Assembly (NCBI GenBank): GCA_963721765.1
Contig: CAVRJP010000001.1
Coordinates: 78,878-142,877, forward strand
Reading direction: 5' to 3'
Length of the DNA stretch: 64,000 bases
DNA from: an uncultured Chloroflexia bacterium
GTDB taxonomy: Bacteria; Chloroflexota; Limnocylindria; Limnocylindrales; CSP1-4
The notes under the pieces were generated by a model that saw only the letters and a list, made by a program, of their open reading frames with translations, ran no database searches and was not told where the DNA came from. Below, in pieces: positions 1 through 9,046 of this stretch. How positions within the stretch are numbered: the stretch's first letter is position 1; each line of letters begins with the position of its first letter. Position numbers and translations under genes: made by a program.

Positions 1-416
1 GGGCTGAAGAGCTGGTCGTCAGGGTCCTGGAACACGAGGCCGACCCGCGCGCGAATCCGCTTGACGCTCGATCGATCCACCACCGTCCCGCCGATCCGTA
101 CGGCGCCATGCGTCGCCTGGTACGTGCCGTTGAGATGGAGGAGGAGCGTGCTCTTGCCCGCCCCGTTCGGCCCGACGATCGCGACCTTCTCGCCGGCGGG
201 GATGGCGATGTCGATCCCGCGAAGCGCCTCGAAGCCATCGGGATACGAGAAGTGAAGGTGCTCGATGTCGATCGAGGCGGCGACGAGCGGTACGCCCTCG
301 CCTCGGGCGCCATCGTTCGGGCTGGCATGGTCGTGGACGTGGCCCGGGGCATCCGCGCCGCTTTCGTGGTCATGGACGTGGGCGTGGGCGTGCCCGTGGA
401 CGCCGCCGGACGTCAT
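1..416 (-). CDS. cbiO: CbiO/EcfA-type ATPase of a cobalt/nickel ECF transporter (C-terminal part cut by window edge) with His-rich N-terminus
   Basis: Reverse translation from ATG at 416: MTSGGVHGHAHAHVHDHESGADAPGHVHDH...IDIEHLHFSYPDGFEALRGIDIAIPAGEKVAIVGPNGAGKSTLLLHLNG (Walker A)...GLVFQDPDDQLF. ATGA start/stop overlap with cbiQ at 413-416. Confidence 0.85.
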   Translation of the reverse strand, partial: MTSGGVHGHAHAHVHDHESGADAPGHVHDHASPNDGARGEGVPLVAASIDIEHLHFSYPDGFEALRGIDIAIPAGEKVAIVGPNGAGKSTLLLHLNGTYQATHGAVRIGGTVVDRSSVKRIRARVGLVFQDPDDQLFS

Positions 417-1129
417 CGCGGCAGCCAGGCGTTGGCGAGGGCGACAAAGGCGACGCACCCGCCGACGACCACCAGCAGCGCGGCGTATTCGCCGATCCCG
501 ACCTTCCGGCCGTGCACGTGCCGCACCTCGCCCTCGAAGCCTCGGGCCTGCATCGCTGCGTAGACGCGCTCGCCGCGCTCGTAGGAGCGAAGGAAGAGCG
601 TCCCGACCATGGCGCCGGTGACCCTCGCCCGCCAGGCGATCGACCCGCCGCCCCGCCCGTCGACCTGGGCCGAGCGCGACGCGCGGGCGCGCAGCATCCG
701 GGTCGCCTCGTCGGCCATGACCCCGAGATAGCGGTACATGAAGCTGATGATCGCGACCATGATCCAGGGCAGGCGCAGGAGCCGGAGGCCGTCGATCAGC
801 TCATGAAATGGCGTGGTGAACGCGAGCAGCAGCGCGGCTTGCACGCTGATCCAGCTCTTGAGCGCGATCGTCGTGAACTGGCGGAGTCCCTCGCCGCTGA
901 CGGTCAGCGTGAGCGGGCCGAGGTCGAATGAGCCCAATGGGTTCTCGGGCCGCGTGAACACGAGCGGGAGCGCAGCGAGGAGGAACGGCGCCGCGAAGAG
1001 CGCGCGACGGGCGGGCCGCAGCGGACCGAGGTGGGACGCGACGGACACGCCGATGACGACGAGCCAGGCGACCCCAAGCGCGCCATAGCCGCCGACCGGC
1101 AGGAGGCTGATGGTGACGATGAACAGCAC
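413..1129 (-). CDS. cbiQ: CbiQ/EcfT-type transmembrane component of cobalt/nickel ECF transporter
   Basis: Track ORF 413..1129 (238 aa) is polytopic and hydrophobic with the CbiQ-like stretch FMYRYLGVMADEATRMLRARASR...FLRSYERGERVYAAMQARGF. It sits in a cbiM-N-Q-O gene order. Confidence 0.85.
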   Translation of the reverse strand: MLFIVTISLLPVGGYGALGVAWLVVIGVSVASHLGPLRPARRALFAAPFLLAALPLVFTRPENPLGSFDLGPLTLTVSGEGLRQFTTIALKSWISVQAALLLAFTTPFHELIDGLRLLRLPWIMVAIISFMYRYLGVMADEATRMLRARASRSAQVDGRGGGSIAWRARVTGAMVGTLFLRSYERGERVYAAMQARGFEGEVRHVHGRKVGIGEYAALLVVVGGCVAFVALANAWLPR

Positions 1130-1216
1130 CGTCGCGACGAACTTGACCCGGGCGTCGGCGCGGTGAAGGGCGCTCTCCCTGTGGATGTACCGGTCGAGGT
1201 CCAGCCGACGAGCGTC

Positions 1217-1534
1217 CTAGCGGGTTCGACGAGCGAGGACGCGTCCGAGCAGCAGCATGACGGCGAACACGATCACGACCCCGACGAGGCCAGCGACGAT
1301 GGTCGACGCGTTGCCGTCGAGACCCGGGATCGTGTAGTCCGGCAGCATCGAGTAGATCGCTGCCTGGGCGGCGGCCAGGAAGCCGTGGTCCTCCGCGACG
1401 CGCTCAAGGCCGTCGGGGTCGCCGGACGCCAATGGGGCGAAGATGACGACGACGAGGGCGGCGATCACCAATCCGACGACCCACCAGGCGCGCCCAACTC
1501 GGCTCGGCCGGCTCGTGCGGGATTCCTGCGTCAT
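1217..1534 (-). CDS. Small membrane protein with PDGLE motif (CbiN-position component of the transporter)
   Basis: The last 105 codons of track ORF 1217..2284 read MTQESRTSRPSRVGRAWWVVGLVIAALVVVIFAPLASGDPDGLERVAEDHGF...VGVVIVFAVMLLLG, giving two TM segments and a literal PDGLE motif. ATGA overlap with the cbiM stop at 1531-1534. Confidence 0.6.
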   Translation of the reverse strand: MTQESRTSRPSRVGRAWWVVGLVIAALVVVIFAPLASGDPDGLERVAEDHGFLAAAQAAIYSMLPDYTIPGLDGNASTIVAGLVGVVIVFAVMLLLGRVLARRTR

Positions 1535-2253
1535 GCGGGCTCGCCTCCGACACCCGGGGTCACGGCGCGCCGGGCGGCCTGGAGCAGGTCCGCGCGAGTC
1601 ACGGCGATGAACCCGAGGGCGGCGGCCGTGATGAGCGCCTCGCCGACCCCGATCACGACGTGGACACCGACCATTGCCGGCAGGGCGATCTCGATCGGCG
1701 ACCGACCGCTGATCGCGAGCTCCGCGGCCATCAGCGCGGCGCCGGCGACGACCGAGACCCAGGCGGCGATCGCCGCGGCCGGGATGCGCGCTCGCTCCTC
1801 GCCCCCGAGCAGGCCGGCGACCAGCCGATAGAGGAAGAAGCCGCCGAGCGTCCCGACCACGCCCATGTTGAAGATGTTGGCGCCCATCACGACCAGCCCA
1901 CCGTCCTGGAAGATGAGCGCCTGGGTGGCGACCACGCAGGTCATCACCAGGGTGCCCGCCCACGGCCCGAGGAGGACCGCCGCGAGCACGCCACCCAGCA
2001 GGTGGCCGGAGGTTCCGCCGGCAACCTGGAAGTTGAACATCTGAGCGGCGAAGATGAACGCGGCCATCACGCCGAGAAGGGGAACGGCGCGCTCGTCGAG
2101 CGTCCGGTTCGTCCGCCGCACGGCCACGGCGAGCACCGCGACCGTCAGCAGCCACATGACTGCGGCGACCTCGGTCGTCAGGAACCCGTCCGGGGCGTGG
2201 AGCGCGTCGGGCACCCCTCTCCCCGGCCCTGCAGCAGTCAGCGCGGCGAGCAT
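1531..2253 (-). CDS. cbiM: CbiM/NikM-type substrate-capture component of cobalt/nickel ECF transporter
   Basis: Track ORF 1531..2253 (240 aa) reads ...HAPDGFL...AAFIFAAQMFNFQVAGGTSGHLLGGVLAAVLLGPWAG...ALIFQDGG...LGANIFNMG, typical of the CbiM family. Confidence 0.9.
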   Translation of the reverse strand: MLAALTAAGPGRGVPDALHAPDGFLTTEVAAVMWLLTVAVLAVAVRRTNRTLDERAVPLLGVMAAFIFAAQMFNFQVAGGTSGHLLGGVLAAVLLGPWAGTLVMTCVVATQALIFQDGGLVVMGANIFNMGVVGTLGGFFLYRLVAGLLGGEERARIPAAAIAAWVSVVAGAALMAAELAISGRSPIEIALPAMVGVHVVIGVGEALITAAALGFIAVTRADLLQAARRAVTPGVGGEPA

Positions 2254-2305
2254 CGATCGACTCCTCGTGTGGTCGGGTTCGCATCGTAATCGGGACCCGT
2301 GTCTA

Positions 2306-2324
2306 TTGCAACAGCCGTCAACAA
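2306..2324. promoter_or_regulatory. Candidate operator in the cbiM / fur-family divergent intergenic region (TTGCAACA-GCC-GTCAACAA)
   Basis: This is the only A+T-richer patch in the 97-bp intergenic region. It contains a TTGCAA hexamer and an imperfect direct repeat of CAACA. It lies 53-71 nt upstream of cbiM and 27-45 nt upstream of the regulator start. Confidence 0.25.
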
Positions 2325-2350
2325 GGTCCCCTCGTGCGATACTTCGCGGC

Positions 2351-2875
2351 GTGACCCCTCCCGGATCAACCGATCAGCCCGGTCACGCGGGCCAGGTCGT
2401 CATCGATCCCACGCCATCCGGCACATTGCCGTGGGAGGACATCCGGGACGCGCTCCGCGCCCGCGGGCTCCGCTGGACGCCCCAGCGGCGTCTCGTCCTC
2501 GAGGTCCTCGAGGCGACGAAGGGGCACGTGACCGGGAGCGAGCTCGTGGAGCGCTGCCGCGAGCGGGACCCGGACGCCACCCCGTCGACGGTCTATCGCA
2601 CGCTCGACGTCCTCGAGGAGCTCGGCTACCTCCAGCACAGCCACTCGGCGTCGGGGCGTGAGGAGTTTCACGTCTTCCCGGAGATCGAGCACGCCCACCT
2701 GCAATGTCGAACCTGCGGACGGATCTGGGAGATGGACGCGCCCACGGCCAGGGCGTTGGTGGCACCACTGGAGCGGCGAACGGGATTCCGCGCCGACCTC
2801 GGGCACCTCACCCTGTCGGGGCTGTGCGCCGACTGCCGGGCATCGTCCGCCGACCCTGGGACGACGGCCGGCTAG
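2351..2875 (+). CDS. Fur-family metal-responsive transcriptional regulator (Fur/Zur/Nur type)
   Basis: In-frame part of track ORF 2054..2875 reads LRWTPQRRLVLEVLEATKGHVTGSELVERCRE...STVYRTLDVLEELGYLQHSH...HAHLQCRTCGRIWEM...LSGLCADCR. This gives a winged helix plus two CxxC pairs. The GTG at 2351 is the first plausible start, so the start is uncertain. Confidence 0.8.
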   Translation: MTPPGSTDQPGHAGQVVIDPTPSGTLPWEDIRDALRARGLRWTPQRRLVLEVLEATKGHVTGSELVERCRERDPDATPSTVYRTLDVLEELGYLQHSHSASGREEFHVFPEIEHAHLQCRTCGRIWEMDAPTARALVAPLERRTGFRADLGHLTLSGLCADCRASSADPGTTAG

Positions 2876-3459
2876 GGCAACTCCCAGCCGCTCGCCTCGA
2901 GGATCGGGCCGCCTTCGCCGTTGCACGGCGGGAGGTCTCCCTCCTCGGCGAACGAATCGCCGGTCACCGGGAGCTCCTCCTCGCCGAGGTGGATCACGAG
3001 CCGCAACGGGAAGGCCGGCTCCGGGGCGCACCAGTTGGCGAGCCGCACGTCGGAGGAGTACGAACTCCCTTCGACGAGCTCGATCCGGCCCGGGCCGCCC
3101 GCGGCGCTGCCGACGAGGACCTCGCCCGTCGAATCGCGGAGGCCCACCGCCGGGAAGGCATCGATCGAGCATTCGACCGTCGCGATGAGCGCGATCGTCG
3201 TGAACCTGGATCCCGCGGCGCCCTCGACGAGGCCGTGGGATGCCGAGAGCTCGGCGAGCGTACACGGCTGCGCGACCGACGCGGCCGTTGGGTGCGCGGT
3301 CGGAAGCAGGCCGTCCGTGGCGGCGCTAGATGCCGGCGGGAACGCGGACGCGGGGGTCGTCGGCGTGACGTTCGGACCGCACCCGACCAGCATCATCGCG
3401 AATGCCGCGCCGATCGAGGCGGCGACCCTCCCTCGGAGCAGTCCGCGACGTTCGAGCAT
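2872..3459 (-). CDS. Lipoprotein, DUF4232-like
   Basis: Track ORF (195 aa) has a signal peptide with lipobox AMMLVGC. The mature part reads C-TLAELSASHGLVEGAAGSRFTTIALIATVECSIDAFPAVGLRDSTGEVL...ANWC, which matches the Cys/AAG/C-x-L-x-G-x-P pattern I associate with DUF4232. Confidence 0.55.
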   Translation of the reverse strand: MLERRGLLRGRVAASIGAAFAMMLVGCGPNVTPTTPASAFPPASSAATDGLLPTAHPTAASVAQPCTLAELSASHGLVEGAAGSRFTTIALIATVECSIDAFPAVGLRDSTGEVLVGSAAGGPGRIELVEGSSYSSDVRLANWCAPEPAFPLRLVIHLGEEELPVTGDSFAEEGDLPPCNGEGGPILEASGWELP

Positions 3460-3489
3460 CTCCGTGGTGAAGGGTACGCGTACCGCCGA

Positions 3490-4167
3490 TCAGCGCGCCC
3501 GAAGGTAGGTGAGCACCGCCAGGACGCGACGGTGGCCATCCGGCTGCGGCTCGAGCCCGAGCTTCGAGAAGATCCTCGCCACGTGTGTCTCGACGGTCTT
3601 GAGCGTGATGACGAGGCGAGTCGCCATCGCCTGGTTCGATTGGCCCTCGGCCATCAGCGCGAGGACCTCGCGCTCTCGATCGGTAAGCTCGGACAGCGGG
3701 TTGTGCTCACGCCGCCGGCGCATCAGCTGGGCCACGAGGCTCGGATCCATCGCTGAGCCGCCGCGCGCCACTCGCCGGATGGCATCCGCCAGCTCGGTGA
3801 TGTCGGAGAGTCGGTCCTTCAGCAGGTAGCCGACGCCCGCCGCCTCCGACTCGATGAGCTGATATGCGTAGGCTGCCTCGACGTACTGCGAAAGCAGCAG
3901 GACCCCAATCGGTGGCCCCGAGCGGGCACGAATTGCGGCGGCCAGGCGGAGCCCCTCATCCGTGTGCGTCGGCGGCATGCGGATGTCGAGGATGACCACG
4001 TCGGGTCGATCTGCGTCTACCGAGGCGAGCAGCGAGGCCGGGTCGCCAGTGGCGCCAAGTACATCGAAGCCCGCCTCTCGTAGCAGCCGCACCAGGCCTT
4101 CGCGGACGAGGACGCTGTCCTCGGCAATCGTGACCCGAATCGGTGGGTCGATCGCGGCATCGGTCAT
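3490..4167 (-). CDS. Two-component response regulator, NarL/LuxR family
   Basis: 225 aa. Receiver domain: RVTIAEDSVLVREGL...DVVILDIRMPP. LuxR helix-turn-helix: LTDREREVLALMAEGQSNQAMATRLVITLKTVETHVARIFSKLG. ATGA overlap with the kinase stop at 4164-4167. Confidence 0.9.
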   Translation of the reverse strand: MTDAAIDPPIRVTIAEDSVLVREGLVRLLREAGFDVLGATGDPASLLASVDADRPDVVILDIRMPPTHTDEGLRLAAAIRARSGPPIGVLLLSQYVEAAYAYQLIESEAAGVGYLLKDRLSDITELADAIRRVARGGSAMDPSLVAQLMRRRREHNPLSELTDREREVLALMAEGQSNQAMATRLVITLKTVETHVARIFSKLGLEPQPDGHRRVLAVLTYLRAR

Positions 4168-5957
4168 GACGGAACGGGCACCTCGGCACGGAGGGTCGTC
4201 CCCCGACCCGCCCGGCTGTCCACGCTGAGGCTTCCACCCAGCGCGCCAACTCGATCGACGAGACCCTGGATCCCACTGCCGCGGGTCGGCTCGACGCCGC
4301 CCACCCCGTCGTCGCGGACCTCGACGGATACGCGGCCCTCGTGTCGCGCGATGCGAATGGTGACGTGCGATGCGTTGGCGTGACGCGCCACGTTGGCGAG
4401 CCCCTCCGCGATGACGAAGGACAGGGTCAATTCGATGGATGGCGGCAACCGGCCCTCGAGCGCCACCTCGGCGTCGACCGGGAGCGAGGCCCGCAAGGCA
4501 AGTGACTCGATGGCTGGACCGAGGCCGGCGTCGGTCAGGATGGGCGGCAGGATCCCTCGCGCCAGCTCCCGAAGCTCCTCGATCGCCGTTTCGAGCTCGC
4601 GGGACAGGTCGCCGAGTGCCTCGACGGTCGCGGCGTCGCCGGTTCTCGCGGCAGCGCCGCGCAGCCGCCCGAGCTCCATCGACAACGACACAAGGCGCTG
4701 CTGCGCCCCATCGTGCAGATCTCGCTCCACCCGGCGCCGTTCGGCGTCCGTCGCCGTGACGATCCGCGCGCGCGAGGCTCGCAGCTCGGCGAGCTGACGA
4801 TCCACCTCCCCGGCAAGCAGGCGATTGTCCGACTCGAGACGCACCGCCGTTGTCACCGCGGCGATCAGGCCCGGGTCGTCAAGCAGCGCGGGATCGTGGC
4901 CGATGGCCGCAACCAGGTCGCGGTCGCTCCCGATCAAGGTCACCGCTCGCTTTGGACCAGACGGCGGGAGGTCGGTCGGCACGCCCTCGGCGTCGGTGTA
5001 GCCGCCTGCGGATCGATCGAACGGAAAAAGCTCGAGCGTGCTGTCTCCGAGGGCTCGTCGCAAGGAGTCCCTGAGCCTCCGCGGGTCGGCGCCGATGGCG
5101 GTGGCGTCGCGCCGTAGATCGATCACGAGGTCGGCCACGGCCGTCCGCGCCAGTCGATCCTGGAGGAGCCCGGCGAGCACGGCCACCGCCGCGAGCATGC
5201 CGATGACGTACGAGAGCGCGGCTATGCGTGGATCGACGTACAGCTGCGGGTCGATCAGCACCCTGAAGCCATTCGTGGCAACAATCCCAATGCCGAGCGC
5301 CAGGGACGCGAGCACCACCGGAGCGAGGCGTCGCCGGCCAGCCGGGCCGGCGGCGAGCACCCGCCGCGCCGCGAGCAGGAGGACGCCGATCGCCAGCGCG
5401 ACGCTGATCGAGAGCGAGATCGGGCCGATGCCGTCCAGCAGCCGGCAATTCGCGATGAATGCGTCGACGGTGTCCGGGCAGGTCGCGCAGCCATACCACG
5501 AGAGCGGTCGGTTGAGGATGAGTTGCACTGCTGACCACGCGGCGTGGTCGAGGAACCATGCCCCGATCACGATCTGACCGACCCGACTTGCGATCCGACC
5601 CGAGGGATATGCGAGGACCAGGGCGCCGATCAGCGGCTCGTAGTAGCCCTGGAAGCTCCGCGCCAGGTGCCCCATCCACTCGACGTCCGCTCGCGAGTGG
5701 GTGCCGATGAACCAGGCGAACCCGATTGCCATGAGCAGGGGCCCCAGCCGGTTGTCCGGCCGGCGAGCCCAGGCGATCGCGCCCGTGAGAAGGAACGTCC
5801 AACCGCCGACGAAGTCCGCAAGGACCCACGCCGGCGGCCGGTCACTGTACTGCGCCTGCTCCAGCTCCGCGACGCCCCCGAATAGCGTCCCGGCGGCGAG
5901 CGCGATGATCGCGAGGGCGAGCGTTCGACGCGACCGCGGGCTCGCGCTCGCGCTCAT
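4164..5957 (-). CDS. Membrane sensor histidine kinase (HisKA_3 / HATPase_c)
   Basis: In-frame ATG at 5957 (MSASASPRSRRTLALAIIAL...) within track ORF 4164..6311. The N-terminal half is polytopic. H-box: ERRRVERDLHDGAQQRLVSL. ATPase domain: ...EGLANVARHANASHVTIR...DDGVGG...GSGIQGLVDRVGALGG. ATGA overlap with the upstream lipoprotein stop. Confidence 0.85.
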   Translation of the reverse strand: MSASASPRSRRTLALAIIALAAGTLFGGVAELEQAQYSDRPPAWVLADFVGGWTFLLTGAIAWARRPDNRLGPLLMAIGFAWFIGTHSRADVEWMGHLARSFQGYYEPLIGALVLAYPSGRIASRVGQIVIGAWFLDHAAWSAVQLILNRPLSWYGCATCPDTVDAFIANCRLLDGIGPISLSISVALAIGVLLLAARRVLAAGPAGRRRLAPVVLASLALGIGIVATNGFRVLIDPQLYVDPRIAALSYVIGMLAAVAVLAGLLQDRLARTAVADLVIDLRRDATAIGADPRRLRDSLRRALGDSTLELFPFDRSAGGYTDAEGVPTDLPPSGPKRAVTLIGSDRDLVAAIGHDPALLDDPGLIAAVTTAVRLESDNRLLAGEVDRQLAELRASRARIVTATDAERRRVERDLHDGAQQRLVSLSMELGRLRGAAARTGDAATVEALGDLSRELETAIEELRELARGILPPILTDAGLGPAIESLALRASLPVDAEVALEGRLPPSIELTLSFVIAEGLANVARHANASHVTIRIARHEGRVSVEVRDDGVGGVEPTRGSGIQGLVDRVGALGGSLSVDSRAGRGTTLRAEVPVPS

Positions 5958-6499
5958 CAGGAAATGCGGGTCCAGGAATGCAGTTCGACGATGACCGGCA
6001 GGACCGGATCGGGCGGGTCGAGGAGGTCGAAGGTTGCGCTCGTGCCGTCCACGGCGAACGTGTAGTGCAGGCCGCTGTCTCGGTACGGCTCGGGGAACTC
6101 GGTGACCGCGACGAGCGACGCCCCGTCCACCGTGTACGTGCCTCGGAAGATCGGGCTGTTGATGGGCGATCCATCGAGGCTTTCCTGCACCTGCGTCCAC
6201 GTGCCGTCGGCGGCGAACGTCCAGGTGAACGTTCCAGAGTTCTCGTTCTGGAGGCCAGGATCCGTAAGGCCGGCGGATTCGAAGTCGCCCTTGGTGACCG
6301 AAGTCGTCCACGCGCCCACGATGGCGCTATCGACGGGGTCCGACCCGGCACTTGTCGGAACCGCGGTCGCCGCACCGGACGTGGCGGCCGGGGTGCCCGT
6401 GCACGCTCCGAGCGCGAACGCGACGGCGAATGTGGCTCCGATGAGGATCCGAACGCCGCTGGGCGTCATCCTGGACTGATCGGCCGATCGGTGCTGCAT
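5957..6499 (-). CDS. Lipoprotein of unknown function, first gene of the two-component operon
   Basis: ATG at 6499 within track ORF 5957..6910 gives MQHRSADQSRMTPSGVRILIGATFAVAFALGAC (lipobox), followed by a beta-rich soluble domain. The stop overlaps the kinase start. Confidence 0.6.
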   Translation of the reverse strand: MQHRSADQSRMTPSGVRILIGATFAVAFALGACTGTPAATSGAATAVPTSAGSDPVDSAIVGAWTTSVTKGDFESAGLTDPGLQNENSGTFTWTFAADGTWTQVQESLDGSPINSPIFRGTYTVDGASLVAVTEFPEPYRDSGLHYTFAVDGTSATFDLLDPPDPVLPVIVELHSWTRIS

Positions 6500-6668
6500 G
6501 GACTGATCCTCCAAGGTTCGAACGGTAACGCCCCGACCGTATGCCGAGATGAGAGCCTGGTCGTCAGGGCTGGCCCCGATCTGCAACTCGGGGTTGGCCC
6601 GCGCGGATAGACTCCGTGCTCCGCCCGGCGCCTGCCCGCGGTCCCTGCTGTCTAACGATGGAGCATCG

Positions 6669-7259
6669 ATGCCATCCACCGGGCGAACCCAACTGAACCT
6701 CATTGCGATGGCAGCGGTCGTCGCGACGCTCCTCGTCGCGGCGTGTGGCGGCGCCTCGCCAGGCCCCACGACCGCACCGGTCCTGCCCACGGCTGTCGCC
6801 GGCCAGCCGACCGGCGGCGCGGTCACGGACCCAGACGAGCTGTGCGGCCTGCTCGGGCCCGGTGACTTCGAAGCGGTGGGCATCAGCGGGGCGGGCGAGC
6901 CGAGCGTCACCTCCGACGGGCCCGGCTCCGCCTATTGCGTGTACGCGGGCGAGTCGGGGGCAACCGGGGGGATCGAGCTCGACGTCTTTGTCGACGACGA
7001 CCCCGCGGCCGCCGAGGACACCTTCGGCGTCATCCTCACCGAGACGACGGCCGACCCCGTCAGGCTGGATATCCCGGGCTCGGACGAGGCGGTCGGCTGG
7101 GACGGGGCAGCCGGGAGCGCCGACGACTATGCGGCCGCGGTCGTACGTGCGGGGAAGCTCGTGGTCACGATCGCGGCGCCCGGCGGCACCGGGATGGCGA
7201 AGAAGCTCGGCGGACTCGTCGGCGTCGTGCTCGGCCGGGCGAGCGCCCTGACGACCTGA
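6669..7259 (+). CDS. Lipoprotein of unknown function (DUF3558-like by eye)
   Basis: ATG at 6669 within track ORF 6549..7259 gives MPSTGRTQLNLIAMAAVVATLLVAACGG (lipobox), then ...DPDELCGLLGPGDFEAVG...GSAYCVYAG. Confidence 0.55.
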   Translation: MPSTGRTQLNLIAMAAVVATLLVAACGGASPGPTTAPVLPTAVAGQPTGGAVTDPDELCGLLGPGDFEAVGISGAGEPSVTSDGPGSAYCVYAGESGATGGIELDVFVDDDPAAAEDTFGVILTETTADPVRLDIPGSDEAVGWDGAAGSADDYAAAVVRAGKLVVTIAAPGGTGMAKKLGGLVGVVLGRASALTT

Positions 7260-7285
7260 TCGGTCGACCGTCCGGCGACTCGGTC

Positions 7286-7303
7286 CCGGGCGACGACGCC
7301 CGG
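7286..7303 (+). terminator. GC-rich hairpin downstream of the lipoprotein gene (weak intrinsic-terminator candidate)
   Basis: CCGGGCG-ACGA-CGCCCGG forms a 7-bp perfect stem with a 4-nt loop, 27 nt after the stop at 7259. It is followed by CTAGACTTT, so the U-tract is poor. Confidence 0.3.
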
Positions 7304-7310
7304 CTAGACT

Positions 7311-9041
7311 TTGCCCGTGGCGGGCAAGGGCAGGACGGTCCATGGCGAGGCGGCAAATTCGGGCCATCGGGTCCTCGCTCCGGATGACGCCGAGGTCGAG
7401 GCGTATCTCGAGACCGCGCTCCACGCCCCGGGCCCCGACCGAACCGCAGCCGATCACCCGGGTGGCGAGGCGCAGGGCCTCGTCGCCGTGCTCGACTTCG
7501 GCAGCCAGTTCGCCCAGCTGATCGCCCGCCGCGTCCGGGAGCTCCACGTCTACTCGGAGCTCCTGCCCCACGACACGCCGCTGGCCGAGCTGGAGCGCCG
7601 CGGCGCCAGCGCGATCATCCTGTCGGGTGGCCCGAACTCGGTGTACGACGTCGATGCACCGAAGCCCGACCCCGCGATCTGGGGCGGTCGACTGCCGGTC
7701 CTCGGTATTTGCTACGGCGCGCAGCTCATGGCCAACGAGCTCGGCGGCCACGTGCAGCCGACCCCGAAGCGCGAGTACGGGCCGGCCACGTTGACGATCG
7801 GGACCGAGGACGGCCTGTTCAAAGGCCTCGACCGGGCACAGCCCGTGTGGATGTCGCACGGCGACTCGATCACGACGCTGCCGGAGGGCTTCACCGCCAC
7901 CGCCCAGACCGACTCGACGCCGTTCGCCGGGCTGGTCGACGTGTCGCGCAACCTGTACGGCATCCAGTTCCATCCCGAGGTCGTGCACACGCCCCATGGG
8001 CGCGACGTCCTGCGCAACTTCGTGGTCGGCGTCGCCGGCCTGAGCCAGACATGGACGCCCTCGAGCTTCATCGAGTCGACCGTGGCCGGGATCCGCGCCC
8101 GCGTCGACGCCCATGCCCGCTCGGTCGGAACGGACGGGAAGGTCATCTGCGCCTTGTCGGGCGGCGTCGACTCGGCGGTCGCGGCGGCGCTCGTGCACCG
8201 CGCGGTCGGCGATCGGCTGACGTGCATCTACGTCGACCACGGGCTGATGCGGAAGCGCGAATCGGAGCTCCTGCGGGCGACGTTCGAGCAGAACCTGGGC
8301 ATGCGCCTGGTCATGGTCGATGCCCGCGAGCGGTTCCTCGCCCGGCTCGCGGGGGTCATCGACCCGGAGCAGAAGCGCCGGATCATCGGCGACGAGTTCA
8401 TCCGCGTTTTCGAGGAGCAGGCGACCAAGATCGAGACGTCCGGGCGGATCGACTTCCTGACCCAGGGCACGCTCTACCCGGACGTGATCGAGAGCGCCAC
8501 CTCGGAGACGAAGGCGGCCCAGAAGATCAAGACCCACCACAACGTGGGCGGCCTGCCGGCGGACCTGCGGTTCAAGCTGATCGAGCCGCTCCGCTACCTG
8601 TTCAAGGACGAGGTTCGAGCTGTCGGGGTTGAGCTCGGGCTGCCCGACGCGATGGTCCACCGCCAGCCGTTCCCCGGGCCCGGGCTCGCGATCCGGATCA
8701 TCGGCGAAGTGACGGCTGAGCGGCTCGACACCCTGCGCGAGGCGGACTGGATCGTGATCGACGAGATCAAGGCCGCGGGTCTCTATCGAAATGTCTGGCA
8801 GTCGTTCGCGATCCTCACGCCCGTCCGGAGCGTGGGCGTGATGGGGGATGGCCGGACGTACGCCAACGTGGTAGCCATTCGCGCAGTGACGTCCGAGGAC
8901 GGCATGACGGCAGACTGGGCGAAGCTGCCGTACGAGGTCCTCGCCAAGATGAGCAGCCGAATCGTGAATGAGGTCCCGGGAGTGAACCGAGTGGTCTACG
9001 ACATCTCCTCGAAGCCACCCGCCACGATCGAGTGGGAGTAG
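7311..9041 (+). CDS. guaA: GMP synthase (glutamine-hydrolysing)
   Basis: Track ORF (576 aa). GATase domain: [27 protein letters not shown]...GICYGAQLM...[11 protein letters not shown]-PPase motif: [12 protein letters not shown]-terminal dimerisation domain ends ...PPATIEWE. Only TTG 7311 or GTG 7317 are available as starts upstream of the GATase core. Confidence 0.9.
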   Translation: MPVAGKGRTVHGEAANSGHRVLAPDDAEVEAYLETALHAPGPDRTAADHPGGEAQGLVAVLDFGSQFAQLIARRVRELHVYSELLPHDTPLAELERRGASAIILSGGPNSVYDVDAPKPDPAIWGGRLPVLGICYGAQLMANELGGHVQPTPKREYGPATLTIGTEDGLFKGLDRAQPVWMSHGDSITTLPEGFTATAQTDSTPFAGLVDVSRNLYGIQFHPEVVHTPHGRDVLRNFVVGVAGLSQTWTPSSFIESTVAGIRARVDAHARSVGTDGKVICALSGGVDSAVAAALVHRAVGDRLTCIYVDHGLMRKRESELLRATFEQNLGMRLVMVDARERFLARLAGVIDPEQKRRIIGDEFIRVFEEQATKIETSGRIDFLTQGTLYPDVIESATSETKAAQKIKTHHNVGGLPADLRFKLIEPLRYLFKDEVRAVGVELGLPDAMVHRQPFPGPGLAIRIIGEVTAERLDTLREADWIVIDEIKAAGLYRNVWQSFAILTPVRSVGVMGDGRTYANVVAIRAVTSEDGMTADWAKLPYEVLAKMSSRIVNEVPGVNRVVYDISSKPPATIEWE

Positions 9042-9046
9042 GCGGC

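Noticed and set aside
1535-2284. Upstream two thirds of the 355-aa ORF 1217..2284
   Set aside because: It is out of frame with cbiM, which occupies 1531-2253 and has clear family motifs. Only the last 105 codons (1217-1534) form a plausible PDGLE-motif membrane protein.
2254-2350. Cobalamin riboswitch upstream of cbiM
   Set aside because: Only 97 nt are available, against about 200 nt for a B12 element. I could not find a B12-box-like conserved core. Control by the divergent Fur-family regulator is more plausible.
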